Positions 54,273 through 64,000 of a stretch of DNA of 64,000 nucleotides are shown here, piece after piece. Under the pieces are notes generated by a model. That model worked only from the letters and a program-made list of their open reading frames with translations. It was not told the origin of the DNA and searched no databases. The stretch's first letter is position 1. Each line of letters begins with the position of its first letter. A program made the translations under genes and the position numbers. Source of the DNA: Nitrospirota bacterium (GTDB lineage: Bacteria > Nitrospirota > UBA9217); assembly GCA_963737155.1 (NCBI GenBank), contig CAVTRN010000002.1, positions 96,001 through 160,000 of the forward strand, given 5' to 3'.

Positions 54273-54452
54273 AATCACGTCGCAATAAAGTGCTGACTAC
54301 AAGTTATAAATTACAGTGTTATAAAATTGGCATCGTCATCAGCTACAGGAATTAGGTGTGTTTTTGTCTTGATATAAGAAAAACAAGATTACAGTCTGAA
54401 ATTAACGTCAAGGACACAGGTAGAAAATGTGCATAGTGTCGCCAAACGATCT

Positions 54453-54503
54453 TCGGGTCTAAAACCCGAAGGTCGTCGGATCAAATCCGGACCACCGCTA
54501 CCA
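54453..54503 (+). pseudogene. Degenerate 3' half of an initiator tRNA-Met (att-site remnant)
   Basis: TCGGG-tctaaaa-CCCGAAGGTCGTCGGaTCAAATCCGG..CCGCtACCA compared with the canonical tRNA-fMet 3' half; no 5' half present. Confidence 0.75.
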
Positions 54504-54708
54504 AACTTATCAATGACTTACGGTATTTCGTAAAAACCTTGTTTATTTTAATATTGACAGAATATAAATACTAATGTAAATTTACTTAGTATTTTAATTA
54601 ATGCAGTTGCTTTGGACTAAATCACTAAAATAAATAAATCTATTTAATTACTAATTTCCTACTAATAAATATAAAATTAGTAATTAAACCAAAAATTAAA
54701 TATTTATT

Positions 54709-56031
54709 ATGAAAATACCTGAAAAAACACCCAATATAATATCAGAAATACCACTTGCAATTACACTTTTCAATCAAATCGAACCGGTCTTAAGAAAAGC
54801 TAACAACGAGTATATGTATTGGGACACGTTTAAGTATCTGACATTTCCGCAAGGTATAACACCCGAGCAGGCTTGGGCCATTCTGAAAATGAACAGATCG
54901 TTTCAGCGAAGGTTTCTTTCGCTTGAAGATTCGGAGGGAAAACCTTTTACCTACTGGCTCCCTGATTGCGTTCAAAAAGAGGTTCATTTTATTGACCAGC
55001 AGGCTGGAGGTACGATTCTTATTGACGATCCCTCTGTTCCTGCGGAAGAAAAAAAAAGATATATGATGCGATCCTTAGTAGAGGAAGCAATATCTTCAAG
55101 TCAAATTGAAGGCGCTGCTACAACCACAGTCGTAGCAAAAGAAATGCTTCGCACTGGCAGAAAACCCAATGATCGATCGGAACAAATGATCTTCAATAAT
55201 TATGAAGCGATGCAAATGATAAAGACGCATCTGCAAGAACCATTAACCACTGATCTAATTCTCAATATACATACTCACATGACGAAAGATACTTTGGAAG
55301 ATCCATCTTGGGCCGGACGGTACAGAACATCTAGTGACGACCTAATTCATGTAATAGATCCTTCTCAAGATCAAACGGTTCTTCATATACCGCCTGACCC
55401 TACACGTATTCCGGTTTTAATGCAGAGTCTTTGCGAATTTGCAAACAGCGATGGTATAGATGAGTTTGTAAATCCGATCGTGAAGGGGATCTTGCTTCAT
55501 TTCTGGCTTGCCTATATTCATCCGTTTATGGATGGGAACGGACGAACGGCAAGAGCACTCCTCTATTGGTACATGACGAAGCATGGTTATTGGGTGTTTG
55601 AGTATTTGTCAGTATCAACGGCAATACTTAGCGCCCGTGCACAATATTACCGATCATTTCTTTATTCGGAAATGGACGGCAATGATGCCACGTATTTTAT
55701 AGTTTATAATTTGAAGGCAATACACAAAGCAATCGAGATGCAGAATGATTACATCCGGAGAAAACAGAAGGAGAAAAGGCATACCTACCGACTTGCTGAG
55801 AAATACAGTTCCGTAAATCCTAGACAACGAATGTTACTTGCAAGCGCATTTGAAAAACCAGATGAGATTTATACCATAGATACGCATGCCCGAGTCCATG
55901 GAATTACCTACCAGACGGCACGAACTGATTTACTAGGCTTGAAGAGTCTCGGATTGCTTAATATGAGAAAGGAGGGTAGAAAATTTGTTTTTCTTCCGGC
56001 TTCGGATCTTCGTCAAAAATTGGGAGAGTAA
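54709..56031 (+). CDS. Fic family protein
   Basis: HPFMDGNGRTAR Fic motif; SSQIEG inhibitory-helix motif; C-terminal wHTH. Confidence 0.93.
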   Translation: MKIPEKTPNIISEIPLAITLFNQIEPVLRKANNEYMYWDTFKYLTFPQGITPEQAWAILKMNRSFQRRFLSLEDSEGKPFTYWLPDCVQKEVHFIDQQAGGTILIDDPSVPAEEKKRYMMRSLVEEAISSSQIEGAATTTVVAKEMLRTGRKPNDRSEQMIFNNYEAMQMIKTHLQEPLTTDLILNIHTHMTKDTLEDPSWAGRYRTSSDDLIHVIDPSQDQTVLHIPPDPTRIPVLMQSLCEFANSDGIDEFVNPIVKGILLHFWLAYIHPFMDGNGRTARALLYWYMTKHGYWVFEYLSVSTAILSARAQYYRSFLYSEMDGNDATYFIVYNLKAIHKAIEMQNDYIRRKQKEKRHTYRLAEKYSSVNPRQRMLLASAFEKPDEIYTIDTHARVHGITYQTARTDLLGLKSLGLLNMRKEGRKFVFLPASDLRQKLGE

Positions 56032-56044
56032 ACAGTAATCGGCA

Positions 56045-56150
56045 ATGCAGCCGGCTGAATATATAGACCCTGCATCAAGCCTTGAGGATTTAAAGGTGCC
56101 TCTCAGAAACCGGCTTCATGTCCTGACAGACGATCGGGAGGATCAATATT
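56045..56150 (+). pseudogene. HigB (proteic-killer type) toxin fragment
   Basis: ASSLEDLKVPLRNRLHVLTDDREDQY resembles the HigB central motif. Confidence 0.5.
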
Positions 56151-56279
56151 TTTTGGCTTTTGAGGGTCCTTGGGATTCATGCCCGGAATGGGTAGCCCGG
56201 CAACTCGGGCAGTCGACTAATGCTACGATGCGATCAAGCTACAGCGCTTAAGGTCCCGGGTCGTATACCCGCCTCAGCC

Positions 56280-56565
56280 TTACTGGTTCCTCAACTCGTC
56301 AAAATCCGCACGATCACGGTAGTGTTGGGCGATTGTGAGGATATCGTCTTCTAAGGTGGTGGCCAGTACCGCATACTCATATCCCTTGGCAACTCTGGGC
56401 GCTTCCACAAACCCAAGTTCCATCTGATCCTTCTGCTGCAGGCTTATTGGTACATCTCCCGCAAGCGCTCGACGAAGAATAATAACGCGACGAGGTTTCT
56501 GCCATCCCATGAGTTGAAGGAATTTTTCCACACCCTCCCAGCCCTGTCCGGCATCTACCCAGTCG
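56280..56565 (-). pseudogene. IS1380-family transposase fragment
   Basis: WVDAGQGWEG...GW...RRV..LRR...YEYAVL.T....AQHYRDRAD..FDELRNQ. Confidence 0.7.
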
Positions 56566-56622
56566 TTACTATAGAATCTAATACGCTACGGCAGCCTTTT
56601 GGTACCCCCCTAACTCAATCGC

Positions 56623-56649
56623 TAAAGTTATTTCAATTTTAGCCGATAG
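56623..56649 (+). promoter_or_regulatory. Sigma28 (FliA) promoter
   Basis: TAAA-15-GCCGATAG upstream of a chemoreceptor gene. Confidence 0.75.
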
Positions 56650-56807
56650 AATAAAGTAAATAATCAAATAACACCTCTATGTGTGAATCCTGTGTTCATG
56701 ACGCCGGTGCGCATAATTTTACCCGCGTTCGTACCAGGATCTAACAAGAAACACCGATTTGAGCCGCGTAAGCGTCCAAAAAACATAACATAAGTGAGGG
56801 GGGGCTA

Positions 56808-58778
56808 ATGAAATTCAAAAATTTATCGTTGCGATGGCAGACTACAATACCGATTATCATATTGGTTGCTATCGGCATCAGTGTGACAGTCGCTGCAACA
56901 GGCTACAAAACGAAGGAAATCGTGCTGCAAGAAATCCAGCAAACCGTCCTCAAGAGCTATCGGGATACTGTTTTGAACGCCATGACCACGATGATGTCTA
57001 CAGGAAATTACGCAGAGGCCCGGGGGTCATTTCTTGACCAGATGCAAAAAATAGCCGATGTGAAGGTCATGCGAACAACCAATGTTGACAAAGACTTTGC
57101 GCCTGCCAAGGGGCAAACGTCCGATTACCCTTCAGACTCCATGGAGAAAGAAGTAGTTGATACAGGCGTTGGTAAGGTAGAAATTGACGGGGCTTATGTC
57201 CGTGGTGTCTACCCTTATATCGCGAGTAGTAATTTTATGGGTAAAAACTGTCTTTCCTGTCATACGGTGAAGGAAGGAGATATTCTTGGTGTCGTAAGCA
57301 TAAAAATACCGATAACGGAATCTCTGGGCAGAATACAGTCACTGCAGTATCTGTATACGGTGCTTGGTCTTTTAGGGATTGTGGCTCTGGCGGCATTTAT
57401 ATTCGCAATCGTAAGCTTTTCGCTCAAACCGCTCGCAAAATTTGTCACAGAGGTTGGAGAAACAAGCCACAAATATTCCAACCTGGATATCTCGTATAAG
57501 GGCGGTAACGAGATATCCCATGTGGCTGGCAATGTAACAAAACTTGTCCATAATCTTGCCTCGATGATCAACGGGATATTGTTGACAAGCAGCAAAACAT
57601 TCCCCGTAATCGATGTTCTTAAAGACGCTGTTGCGAAGACTTCGCAAGGCGCAAAAAAGCAATCCGAGCAGTCGACGCAGATTGCCACAGCTGCAGAGGA
57701 GATGTCCCAGACCATAAACGATATTGCTCGCAACGCGGCCAGCGCGTCCGAGACTTCGGCGGGTGCGTTGAAAATTGCAGTAAAAGGCAAGGAAACGGTT
57801 GATCATGCAGTTACAAGTGTGAAAGAGGTACACAAGTCATCGGTGGAGCTCGCTGCTATGGTCGCTAATCTCAATAGTCGCGTGGGCGAAATAGGGAATA
57901 TTGCGACCATGATCAAGGGCATCGCTGACCAGACAAATTTGCTTGCCCTCAACGCCGCGATCGAGGCAGCGCGCGCAGGAGAACAGGGCAGGGGGTTTGC
58001 CGTGGTGGCTGATGAGGTGAGAAAGCTTGCGGAAAGGACCATCAACGCGACGGCCGATATCACCGGCAAAATCGAGTCAGTGCAAGCGGAATCCGAGAAG
58101 ACAGCTGTATTTATGGATGAAACGACCAAAAAATCCGAAGGCGCCGCAGGAAGCATCGGGGAGGTAGGAAGCGCCCTGGGTTCCATTCTGGGTGAGGTAC
58201 AGCGCGTCAAAGACGAAATTACCAAAATAGCTGCCGCAGTCGAAGAACAGTCGGCGGCAACCGAAGAAGTTACAAAGAACATAGAAGCCACCTCCACGAT
58301 CGCCAAGGATATTGAGACGTTGTCGGATAGTGTATCTACCGAAGTGTCAAAACTCGCCCAGGTTGGTGAAGAACTAAGAACTGTAACGGGGAGTGTGGTG
58401 ACTCAAAGCAGCGCGACAATCATGCTTGAGGTGGCGAAAAACGACCACCGCGCATTCGTGGGCAAAATAGCCGCCTGTCTAAAAGGGGAGCTCCAAATGG
58501 ACGAAAACCAGCTGCCTGACCATCACACTTGCAGGTTCGGAAAGTGGTATGACAAGGATGGCCATAAAATTTGCGGGCATATGTCCAGCTACAAGGCAGT
58601 AGAAGAACCTCATAAAGATATACACCGGCTGTCAAAAGAAGCCATTGCAGCTTACCGTACCGGCAACCGGGAAAAAGCGGAGCAGATATATAAGGCGGTA
58701 GAAGCAGCATCGATGAAGGTTATCGGATCTATCGACCGGGTAAAGGATGAGTGCATGACGAACATGAACAATGCATGA
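56808..58778 (+). CDS. Methyl-accepting chemotaxis protein with periplasmic CxxCH and C-terminal CZB domain
   Basis: Two TM helices, [41 protein letters not shown]...[11 protein letters not shown]...H..IH. Confidence 0.93.
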   Translation: MKFKNLSLRWQTTIPIIILVAIGISVTVAATGYKTKEIVLQEIQQTVLKSYRDTVLNAMTTMMSTGNYAEARGSFLDQMQKIADVKVMRTTNVDKDFAPAKGQTSDYPSDSMEKEVVDTGVGKVEIDGAYVRGVYPYIASSNFMGKNCLSCHTVKEGDILGVVSIKIPITESLGRIQSLQYLYTVLGLLGIVALAAFIFAIVSFSLKPLAKFVTEVGETSHKYSNLDISYKGGNEISHVAGNVTKLVHNLASMINGILLTSSKTFPVIDVLKDAVAKTSQGAKKQSEQSTQIATAAEEMSQTINDIARNAASASETSAGALKIAVKGKETVDHAVTSVKEVHKSSVELAAMVANLNSRVGEIGNIATMIKGIADQTNLLALNAAIEAARAGEQGRGFAVVADEVRKLAERTINATADITGKIESVQAESEKTAVFMDETTKKSEGAAGSIGEVGSALGSILGEVQRVKDEITKIAAAVEEQSAATEEVTKNIEATSTIAKDIETLSDSVSTEVSKLAQVGEELRTVTGSVVTQSSATIMLEVAKNDHRAFVGKIAACLKGELQMDENQLPDHHTCRFGKWYDKDGHKICGHMSSYKAVEEPHKDIHRLSKEAIAAYRTGNREKAEQIYKAVEAASMKVIGSIDRVKDECMTNMNNA

Positions 58779-58812
58779 TGCACTGATCGTAGTTTAAGTC
58801 ATACACATTCAA

Positions 58813-58848
58813 GGCTGCCCGGCGGAAATGCCGCGGCAGCCTCTTTTA
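58813..58848 (+). terminator. Rho-independent terminator
   Basis: GGCTGCCCGGC-ggaaat-GCCGCGGCAGCC then TCTTTT. Confidence 0.65.
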
Positions 58849-59294
58849 TTCGAGGAGACCAAAAAGTTTCTCGTGCCGTTTCTCCGTCGGATAAGCCCTG
58901 GATTTAACTCCGCTTGTTACCGGTGCCATGCGAAGCGACTGGTTATCAGATCAGATGGATTGGCACCTGCAGAAAAGGTCGGCGCCCGTAAGAATATCCA
59001 GGCTCGGGAAATGTGCCGCGTGCTTCGACTTTATTGTTCTCCTCGAAAAAACCAAGACCGGCACCGGGTGTCGGCGAGTTGGACGAGTGTATACTGAACG
59101 CAGCCTGTTTCAGAACGTTTCTATCGTGGAACTCTAAGCTGCAGCAGTTCTTCTGCCGCAAAAATACGCCATCGAAATCCTTGACAAAAAAAAGCACTAC
59201 CGTATAATCATCCCATCCATTCCTGGGGATTTTGGTGTTTTCTTAGTCAGGATCTGCAATAATAGTTCGTGACCATTCGACCTGAGGGGGGATT

Positions 59295-60155
59295 GTGCGC
59301 GCCAGAACGCTAGGAGTCATCGCCCTGTTGCTTTTCTTCTGCGTCTTTCTCTTCCATTTCTCGGCAAAACGTCAGCCCACCGGAGAAGAGATGAGCCGGT
59401 TCGACTTCCTCCGCCAGCCGCGCGCGTGGAAGGGGAAGCCCGCGCCCGAACTGACGCTCGATCTGCTGAACAACGAAAAGTTCGTCCTGTCCGACCACGT
59501 GGGCAGGAAGGCCATCGTCCTCAATTTCTTCGCCACCTGGTGCGGGCCCTGCAAGGAGGAGATGCCGGAGCTTGTCAGGTTCGCGGTAAAGCACAAGGAC
59601 GAACCCTTCACGATGATCGGCATCGACGCCAACGAGAGCGAGGACGCGGTGCGCGATTTCATGAGGTATTACAGCGTCGCCTATCCCGTGGCCATCGATA
59701 AGGGCGAGGCGCAAAAGGCCTTCGGGGTCCGCGCCTTCCCCACCACGGTCTTCATCGGCGCCGACGGGATCGTCCAGATCTACGAGGCGGGATCGATCCA
59801 GAACGCGGATGTCGCCTTCGAGGCTCCTTACAAGGCTACGCTCGCGGCGATCCAGGCCGGAAGAGGCGTCACGAAAGAGGCCTTCCTGCAGCTGCAGGCG
59901 ACGGTTAGGCGGGTCGCCTCCGCAGGAACAACGACGGAGGAAAAGAAGGTTGACCCCGAGGACGACATCCCTCCGGGCCGCGCCAGGGAGATCGCGATGA
60001 AGATGAACTGCCCCTGTGGGTGCACGCACAAGCTGATGGAATGCACGTGCAAGACCGCGAAGGACATCAAGGCGAAGCTCAAGACCATGGACCTCACGGG
60101 CAAGACGGACGAAGAGGTTATCACGCTGCTCAATAAGGAGTACTGCATGAAATGA
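59295..60155 (+). CDS. TlpA/ResA-like thiol-disulfide oxidoreductase with Cys-rich C-terminal domain
   Basis: LNFFATWCGPCKEEMP, FPTT; C-terminal CPCGC...LMECTC. Confidence 0.85.
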   Translation: MRARTLGVIALLLFFCVFLFHFSAKRQPTGEEMSRFDFLRQPRAWKGKPAPELTLDLLNNEKFVLSDHVGRKAIVLNFFATWCGPCKEEMPELVRFAVKHKDEPFTMIGIDANESEDAVRDFMRYYSVAYPVAIDKGEAQKAFGVRAFPTTVFIGADGIVQIYEAGSIQNADVAFEAPYKATLAAIQAGRGVTKEAFLQLQATVRRVASAGTTTEEKKVDPEDDIPPGRAREIAMKMNCPCGCTHKLMECTCKTAKDIKAKLKTMDLTGKTDEEVITLLNKEYCMK

Positions 60156-61048
60156 TGGTCTCCGCCGAGAACGTTTCTGTCAAGTTCCGGAAGGGCCTGT
60201 TCAAGGGCACGATCCGGGCGCTCGATTCTTTCACCCTCGATGTACGGGAAGGAGACATCTTTGCCCTCCTGGGGCCGAACGGAGCGGGCAAGTCCACGGC
60301 CATGTATTGCTTCCTGGGCCTGGTCCGTCCCGACACGGGGACCGTCTCCATCTTTGGCCGCACGCCCGAACCGGGGAGCGACCTCTTCCACGACATCGCC
60401 TACCTCCCCGAAGAACCGCACTATCACCAATACCTCACGGTGCAGGAGGCTGTCCGCTACTATGCCCGGCTGCAGGGCATCTCCGGCCTTCCCGTGGCGC
60501 GCGCCATCGACCGTGTGGGCCTGGGCGAGTTCAAGGACCTCCTGCTTTCGAAGTGCTCCAAGGGCATGAAGCAGAAGGTTGGCATAGCCCAGTGCCTCAT
60601 CAACAACCCGAGGCTCGTGTTCCTCGACGAACCTACGCGCGGCCTGGACCCGGTTGCGGTCAAGGAGTTCCGCGACGTGCTGGTGGAACTGAACAAGAAT
60701 GGCGCTACGATCGTGCTGAACTCCCACGTCCTGTCGGAGATCGAGATGATCTGCAACCGCGCTGCCATCATGAACAAAGGCAAAGTGGTGGCCCAGGACG
60801 AGATGGCGCGGCTTCGCGGCACGAGCCTCGAGACCTATCGGGTCGAATGCGCGCCCTTCGATCCGCTGCCGGACTATCTCAAGGTCCTCGTGCGCACGCC
60901 CACGAGCGTCAAGGGCGAGATCCCTGCGGAGCGGCTGGACGAGTTCATGCGGCTGATGACCGTACCGGGCAGAAAGCTCATTGAATGCACGCTCAAACGG
61001 GCCACGCTCGAGGATTCCTTCTTTTCCATCCTGAAAGGAGGGGCCTGA
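60152..61048 (+). CDS. ABC transporter ATP-binding protein
   Basis: GPNGAGKS, SKGMKQK, FLDEPT, NSH. Confidence 0.93.
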   Translation: MMVSAENVSVKFRKGLFKGTIRALDSFTLDVREGDIFALLGPNGAGKSTAMYCFLGLVRPDTGTVSIFGRTPEPGSDLFHDIAYLPEEPHYHQYLTVQEAVRYYARLQGISGLPVARAIDRVGLGEFKDLLLSKCSKGMKQKVGIAQCLINNPRLVFLDEPTRGLDPVAVKEFRDVLVELNKNGATIVLNSHVLSEIEMICNRAAIMNKGKVVAQDEMARLRGTSLETYRVECAPFDPLPDYLKVLVRTPTSVKGEIPAERLDEFMRLMTVPGRKLIECTLKRATLEDSFFSILKGGA

Positions 61049-61049
61049 C

Positions 61050-61862
61050 ATGTACGCGCAGCTCTGGGCGAACATCGCCACAAACCTGGTCTTTTACCGC
61101 AGGAACCGGCTGATCGTGGCAGCCGTGATCTTCATCGTGGTCATCATGGGCCTCACGACGATACCCGCGGTCATCTTTACGTCCAGGTCGCAGCACCTGG
61201 AGCAGATCAAGATCGTGATGAAGCTCGTGACCACGTTCGCCATGGTCGTGACTGCGGGCCTGGGCCTGATGCTTGTGTCGCAACACATCCGTGACCGCTC
61301 GGTCAAGATGGTCTTCACCAAGCCCTGCCTGCCCGAAATCTGGCTCCTGTCGAGCTTCCTTTCCGCCGGCCTTGTTGCCGCCGTACTCTTCGCCATCGCG
61401 CTCCTCGTCACGTCGCTCCTGTCCGTGGTCTGGAGCATCCCCTTCCAGTCCGGCATCGTATACATTCTCCTGAACGACTATTTCCAGGCAATGAGCCTCA
61501 TGGCCTTCGCCACCTTCCTCTCCGTGGTCTTCCATCCGGTCCTGGCGCTCTTCGTCCTCTTCGTGCTGCAGGAAGGCCTGTTCTACTGGCTCAAGGTGAT
61601 ACTTGCGGGAGGCATCAAGATGGCAGGAGAGAGCACGATCGCCCCGCTGCTCAAGTTCATCAAAGCGATCGTAGACGCGCTCTACATGCTCTGGCCCACC
61701 TTCAGCCCTTATGGAACGAAGATGGAACAGATCTCCAAGACCCTGCGCGGCTCAGACGCGGACTGGACTTACCTCGCGCTCGCCATCGTCTACGCAGTGG
61801 TGCTGACAGCGATGTTCTACTTTTTGACGGGGTATGTGTTGAAGAAGAAGAGGTATGTGTAG
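61050..61862 (+). CDS. ABC-2 type transporter permease
   Basis: About six TM helices, directly after the ATPase. Confidence 0.82.
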   Translation: MYAQLWANIATNLVFYRRNRLIVAAVIFIVVIMGLTTIPAVIFTSRSQHLEQIKIVMKLVTTFAMVVTAGLGLMLVSQHIRDRSVKMVFTKPCLPEIWLLSSFLSAGLVAAVLFAIALLVTSLLSVVWSIPFQSGIVYILLNDYFQAMSLMAFATFLSVVFHPVLALFVLFVLQEGLFYWLKVILAGGIKMAGESTIAPLLKFIKAIVDALYMLWPTFSPYGTKMEQISKTLRGSDADWTYLALAIVYAVVLTAMFYFLTGYVLKKKRYV

Positions 61863-61989
61863 GAGGGATCGTTAAGGGTCAAGATTTGATTGGTGGCTGG
61901 GCATAACGACAGAATCACGTCTGGCCCGGAACGGTTTAGACTTTGGAATTGATATTCTGAGAACGCATTGGGGTAGGGGGCCCGAAGTG

Positions 61990-62170
61990 CAAGCCACCGA
62001 CTATCTTGATGCGTGCCGGTTAGGCATGAATGCGGATGGCCGCATACTGAGCCGGCTAAGAGGGGCCATTCCCGGAAAAATCCGACACGTCGGCACTCTT
62101 TTTCGCTCAAATCCCGCACTTCAGGAATGGGTCCGCGAGGTTCACCCCGAGATTTCCTTCCGGGGCCAGC
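61990..62170 (+). pseudogene. DUF429-like fragment
   Basis: IPGKIRHVGTLFRSNPALQEWVREVHPEISF motif. Confidence 0.45.
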
Positions 62171-62474
62171 TCGCAACCTCCCATACCCGTTATCCAGCAT
62201 ACCCATTTTGTTCTTTATATTTCCGACCGATACCGTTATAATTTTGTGAGTCGGGCAAGACTCATCTTCTTGTATCATAAGATAGTTACCTCTCTTGACC
62301 ATTAAATACTTCACCGAAAATTCGTTACGTGGATCGTCCGGCTGCCTCTGGCCTGAAAAAAAACAATCAAACGCCGCAAGCAGATAGATGTTTTTAGCAT
62401 TGACGATTCATCAAATATCTTTTTTGAGTTCTTGGAAAAAGTCAGGATTCAGAAAAGAAACGGGAGTGCATGCA

Positions 62475-64000
62475 ATGGGCATAAAATCAGAAGGCCATAT
62501 TTCGAAGAACGCTGGTACTGCCATAATTGCGCTGGGTGCGGGGATCGTATTGTCTGTTCTTACCTCTATCCTCGTGCAAAGACTGGAATTTAAAGATCTC
62601 CGAAGCGAATTTAATTATGATACCAAAAATTATTCCGTGGCGTTAGAGAAAAGCATTGATAAAAACCTTAATTCCCTTTATGCCATAAAAGGTCTCTATG
62701 CATCTACTCCTCGAGTAACCAGGGTAATGTTCCACACATTTGTGAACGACATATTGCCTCGCAGCAAAGCAATTCACGCCCTCCGGTGGCTGCCGCGTGT
62801 ACCAGGCGCAGAAAGGAAAAAATATGAGGCCGCCGCGATCAAGGACGGTTATTCACAATACCACTTTACCGAGACGAATTCACAAAAGCAGCTTGTAACG
62901 GCTGGAAAAAGGGATGAGTACTTTCCTGTCTACTATGCCGAATCAATTGCGAGAAACGACGCTACGCTCGGGTTCGACCTTTCGGCACACCCTGATGGCA
63001 GGGCATCGCTGGAAAAGGCGAGGGACACTGGCGACATGGTGATAACGCACAGGATTAGGCTGAGACTGGAGGCCGACCCTTCATTTGCTTTTTTGGCCGT
63101 GCAGCCCATATATCGCAATGCTTCGCCGAGCGGTACATTGGAAGAACGCAGAAAGAATCTCACGGGGTTTGTAGTGGGCGTCTTTCGCTTCGAGGATATG
63201 GTTAACGCCGCCCTGAAGGGGATAAGCCTCAAGGGTATCGATCTCTCTCTATTCGACGAGTCAGCCACCCCGGAACGAAAGATGCTCTACTCAAACATCA
63301 GTCAAGCAAATCCCGCAAGCGAGGTTCTCAGCTTTACAAAAACGCTGGACATTGCCGACGGGAAGTGGATGGTAAAATTCCAGGCAACCCCTGAGTATCT
63401 TTCAATGCACGAGACCCGCTATTCATGGGCGGTCCTTGCGGGCGGGCTCCTCTTCACCTGCCTTCTTGCTTTATACATAGTAAAAATGAAACGCCATGCC
63501 TTTGAGATGGAGCGGTCAAGAGATACCTTGACAACCGTGCTGAATAGTATCAACGCGGCCATTGCGATCGTAGACACAAAGGACATGACGATATCGGCGT
63601 ACAACAGGGCTTTCATCGGGGCAGCAGAGGTGCATGCAAAGGGAGTCCTGTCCTGGCACTGCAATGACATGGCGCAGAAGAGACTTTTGCCGTGCCATCA
63701 GCTTTGTGACGAATGCCCCGTCAAAGAGACAATGAGAACAGGGGAGGATTCGGCCCGGGAGAGCATCCATTACAGCGCCAGCGGCTCGACAAAATATATG
63801 GATATCAGGGTGTACTCCGTAAAGGACGACAGCGGGGACGTCCTGCACGTCGTCTACATTGCCCAGGACATCACCGAGCGCAAACAAGCGGAAAACTTCC
63901 GGCTTGAAGAGCAGCAAGTGCGACGCATGGCCGCGGAACGGCAGGTAGTCGAGACTCAACTGCGAATGCTCCAGGCACAGATAGAGCCGCACTTTTTGTT
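62475..64000 (+). CDS. CHASE-PAS sensor histidine kinase (LytS-type His_kinase), running off the window
   Basis: My translation from ATG 62475 (same frame as the window end): TM helix, CHASE-like WLPRV...EYFPV.Y.E...LGFDL, PAS, then LRMLQAQIEPHFL. Confidence 0.85.
   Translation, partial: MGIKSEGHISKNAGTAIIALGAGIVLSVLTSILVQRLEFKDLRSEFNYDTKNYSVALEKSIDKNLNSLYAIKGLYASTPRVTRVMFHTFVNDILPRSKAIHALRWLPRVPGAERKKYEAAAIKDGYSQYHFTETNSQKQLVTAGKRDEYFPVYYAESIARNDATLGFDLSAHPDGRASLEKARDTGDMVITHRIRLRLEADPSFAFLAVQPIYRNASPSGTLEERRKNLTGFVVGVFRFEDMVNAALKGISLKGIDLSLFDESATPERKMLYSNISQANPASEVLSFTKTLDIADGKWMVKFQATPEYLSMHETRYSWAVLAGGLLFTCLLALYIVKMKRHAFEMERSRDTLTTVLNSINAAIAIVDTKDMTISAYNRAFIGAAEVHAKGVLSWHCNDMAQKRLLPCHQLCDECPVKETMRTGEDSARESIHYSASGSTKYMDIRVYSVKDDSGDVLHVVYIAQDITERKQAENFRLEEQQVRRMAAERQVVETQLRMLQAQIEPHFL

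Noticed and set aside
54430-54503. Functional tRNA
   Set aside because: No 5' acceptor strand or D arm, and the anticodon and T loops are mutated.
56706-56733. GGTGCGCATAA, identical to the E. coli dif XerC arm
   Set aside because: No XerD arm after the 6-bp spacer; probably chance.
58828-59207. Short Cys-containing ORFs between the MCP and TlpA genes
   Set aside because: Several overlapping frames with no recognisable family or RBS.
59828-61081. Long antisense ORFs (417 aa here, and many others opposite kinases, the ATPase and transposases)
   Set aside because: They are shadow frames of well-supported genes on the other strand.

Overview
Bacterial chromosomal window; the GroES sequence and gene style suggest Nitrospirota or a deltaproteobacteria-like lineage (inference). 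A degP-groES-groEL cluster is cut off about 220 codons into groEL and followed by about 52 kb of accessory DNA, mostly on the minus strand. This region holds four large PAS/GAF sensor kinases, several toxin-antitoxin modules (HigBA-like, VapBC, HEPN/MNT, plus remnants), a solo ParA, a nitrilase, an FAD oxidoreductase, an HNH nuclease, integron-cassette remnants with one clear attC, IS256/IS1182/IS110 elements and a P3A H+-ATPase. It ends at a degenerate 3' half of an initiator tRNA-Met (att-like), followed by a Fic gene and an IS1380 remnant. The right end looks more ordinary: an MCP with a sigma28 promoter, a TlpA-ABC operon and a CHASE kinase running off the window. The main unexplained signal is a family of about a dozen co-oriented non-coding repeats with core (CTT)CACCTAC, a conserved left arm up to about 180 bp and several right-arm types. 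They sit at the boundaries of cargo modules from 5.9 to 45.3 kb. The same region carries two copies (one intact, one decayed) of a Cas4/RecB-like Fe-S nuclease + RNase H-like + IS66 DDE fusion gene. Together these suggest an undescribed cassette-accretion system; that link is a hypothesis. All alignments and coordinates were done by eye.
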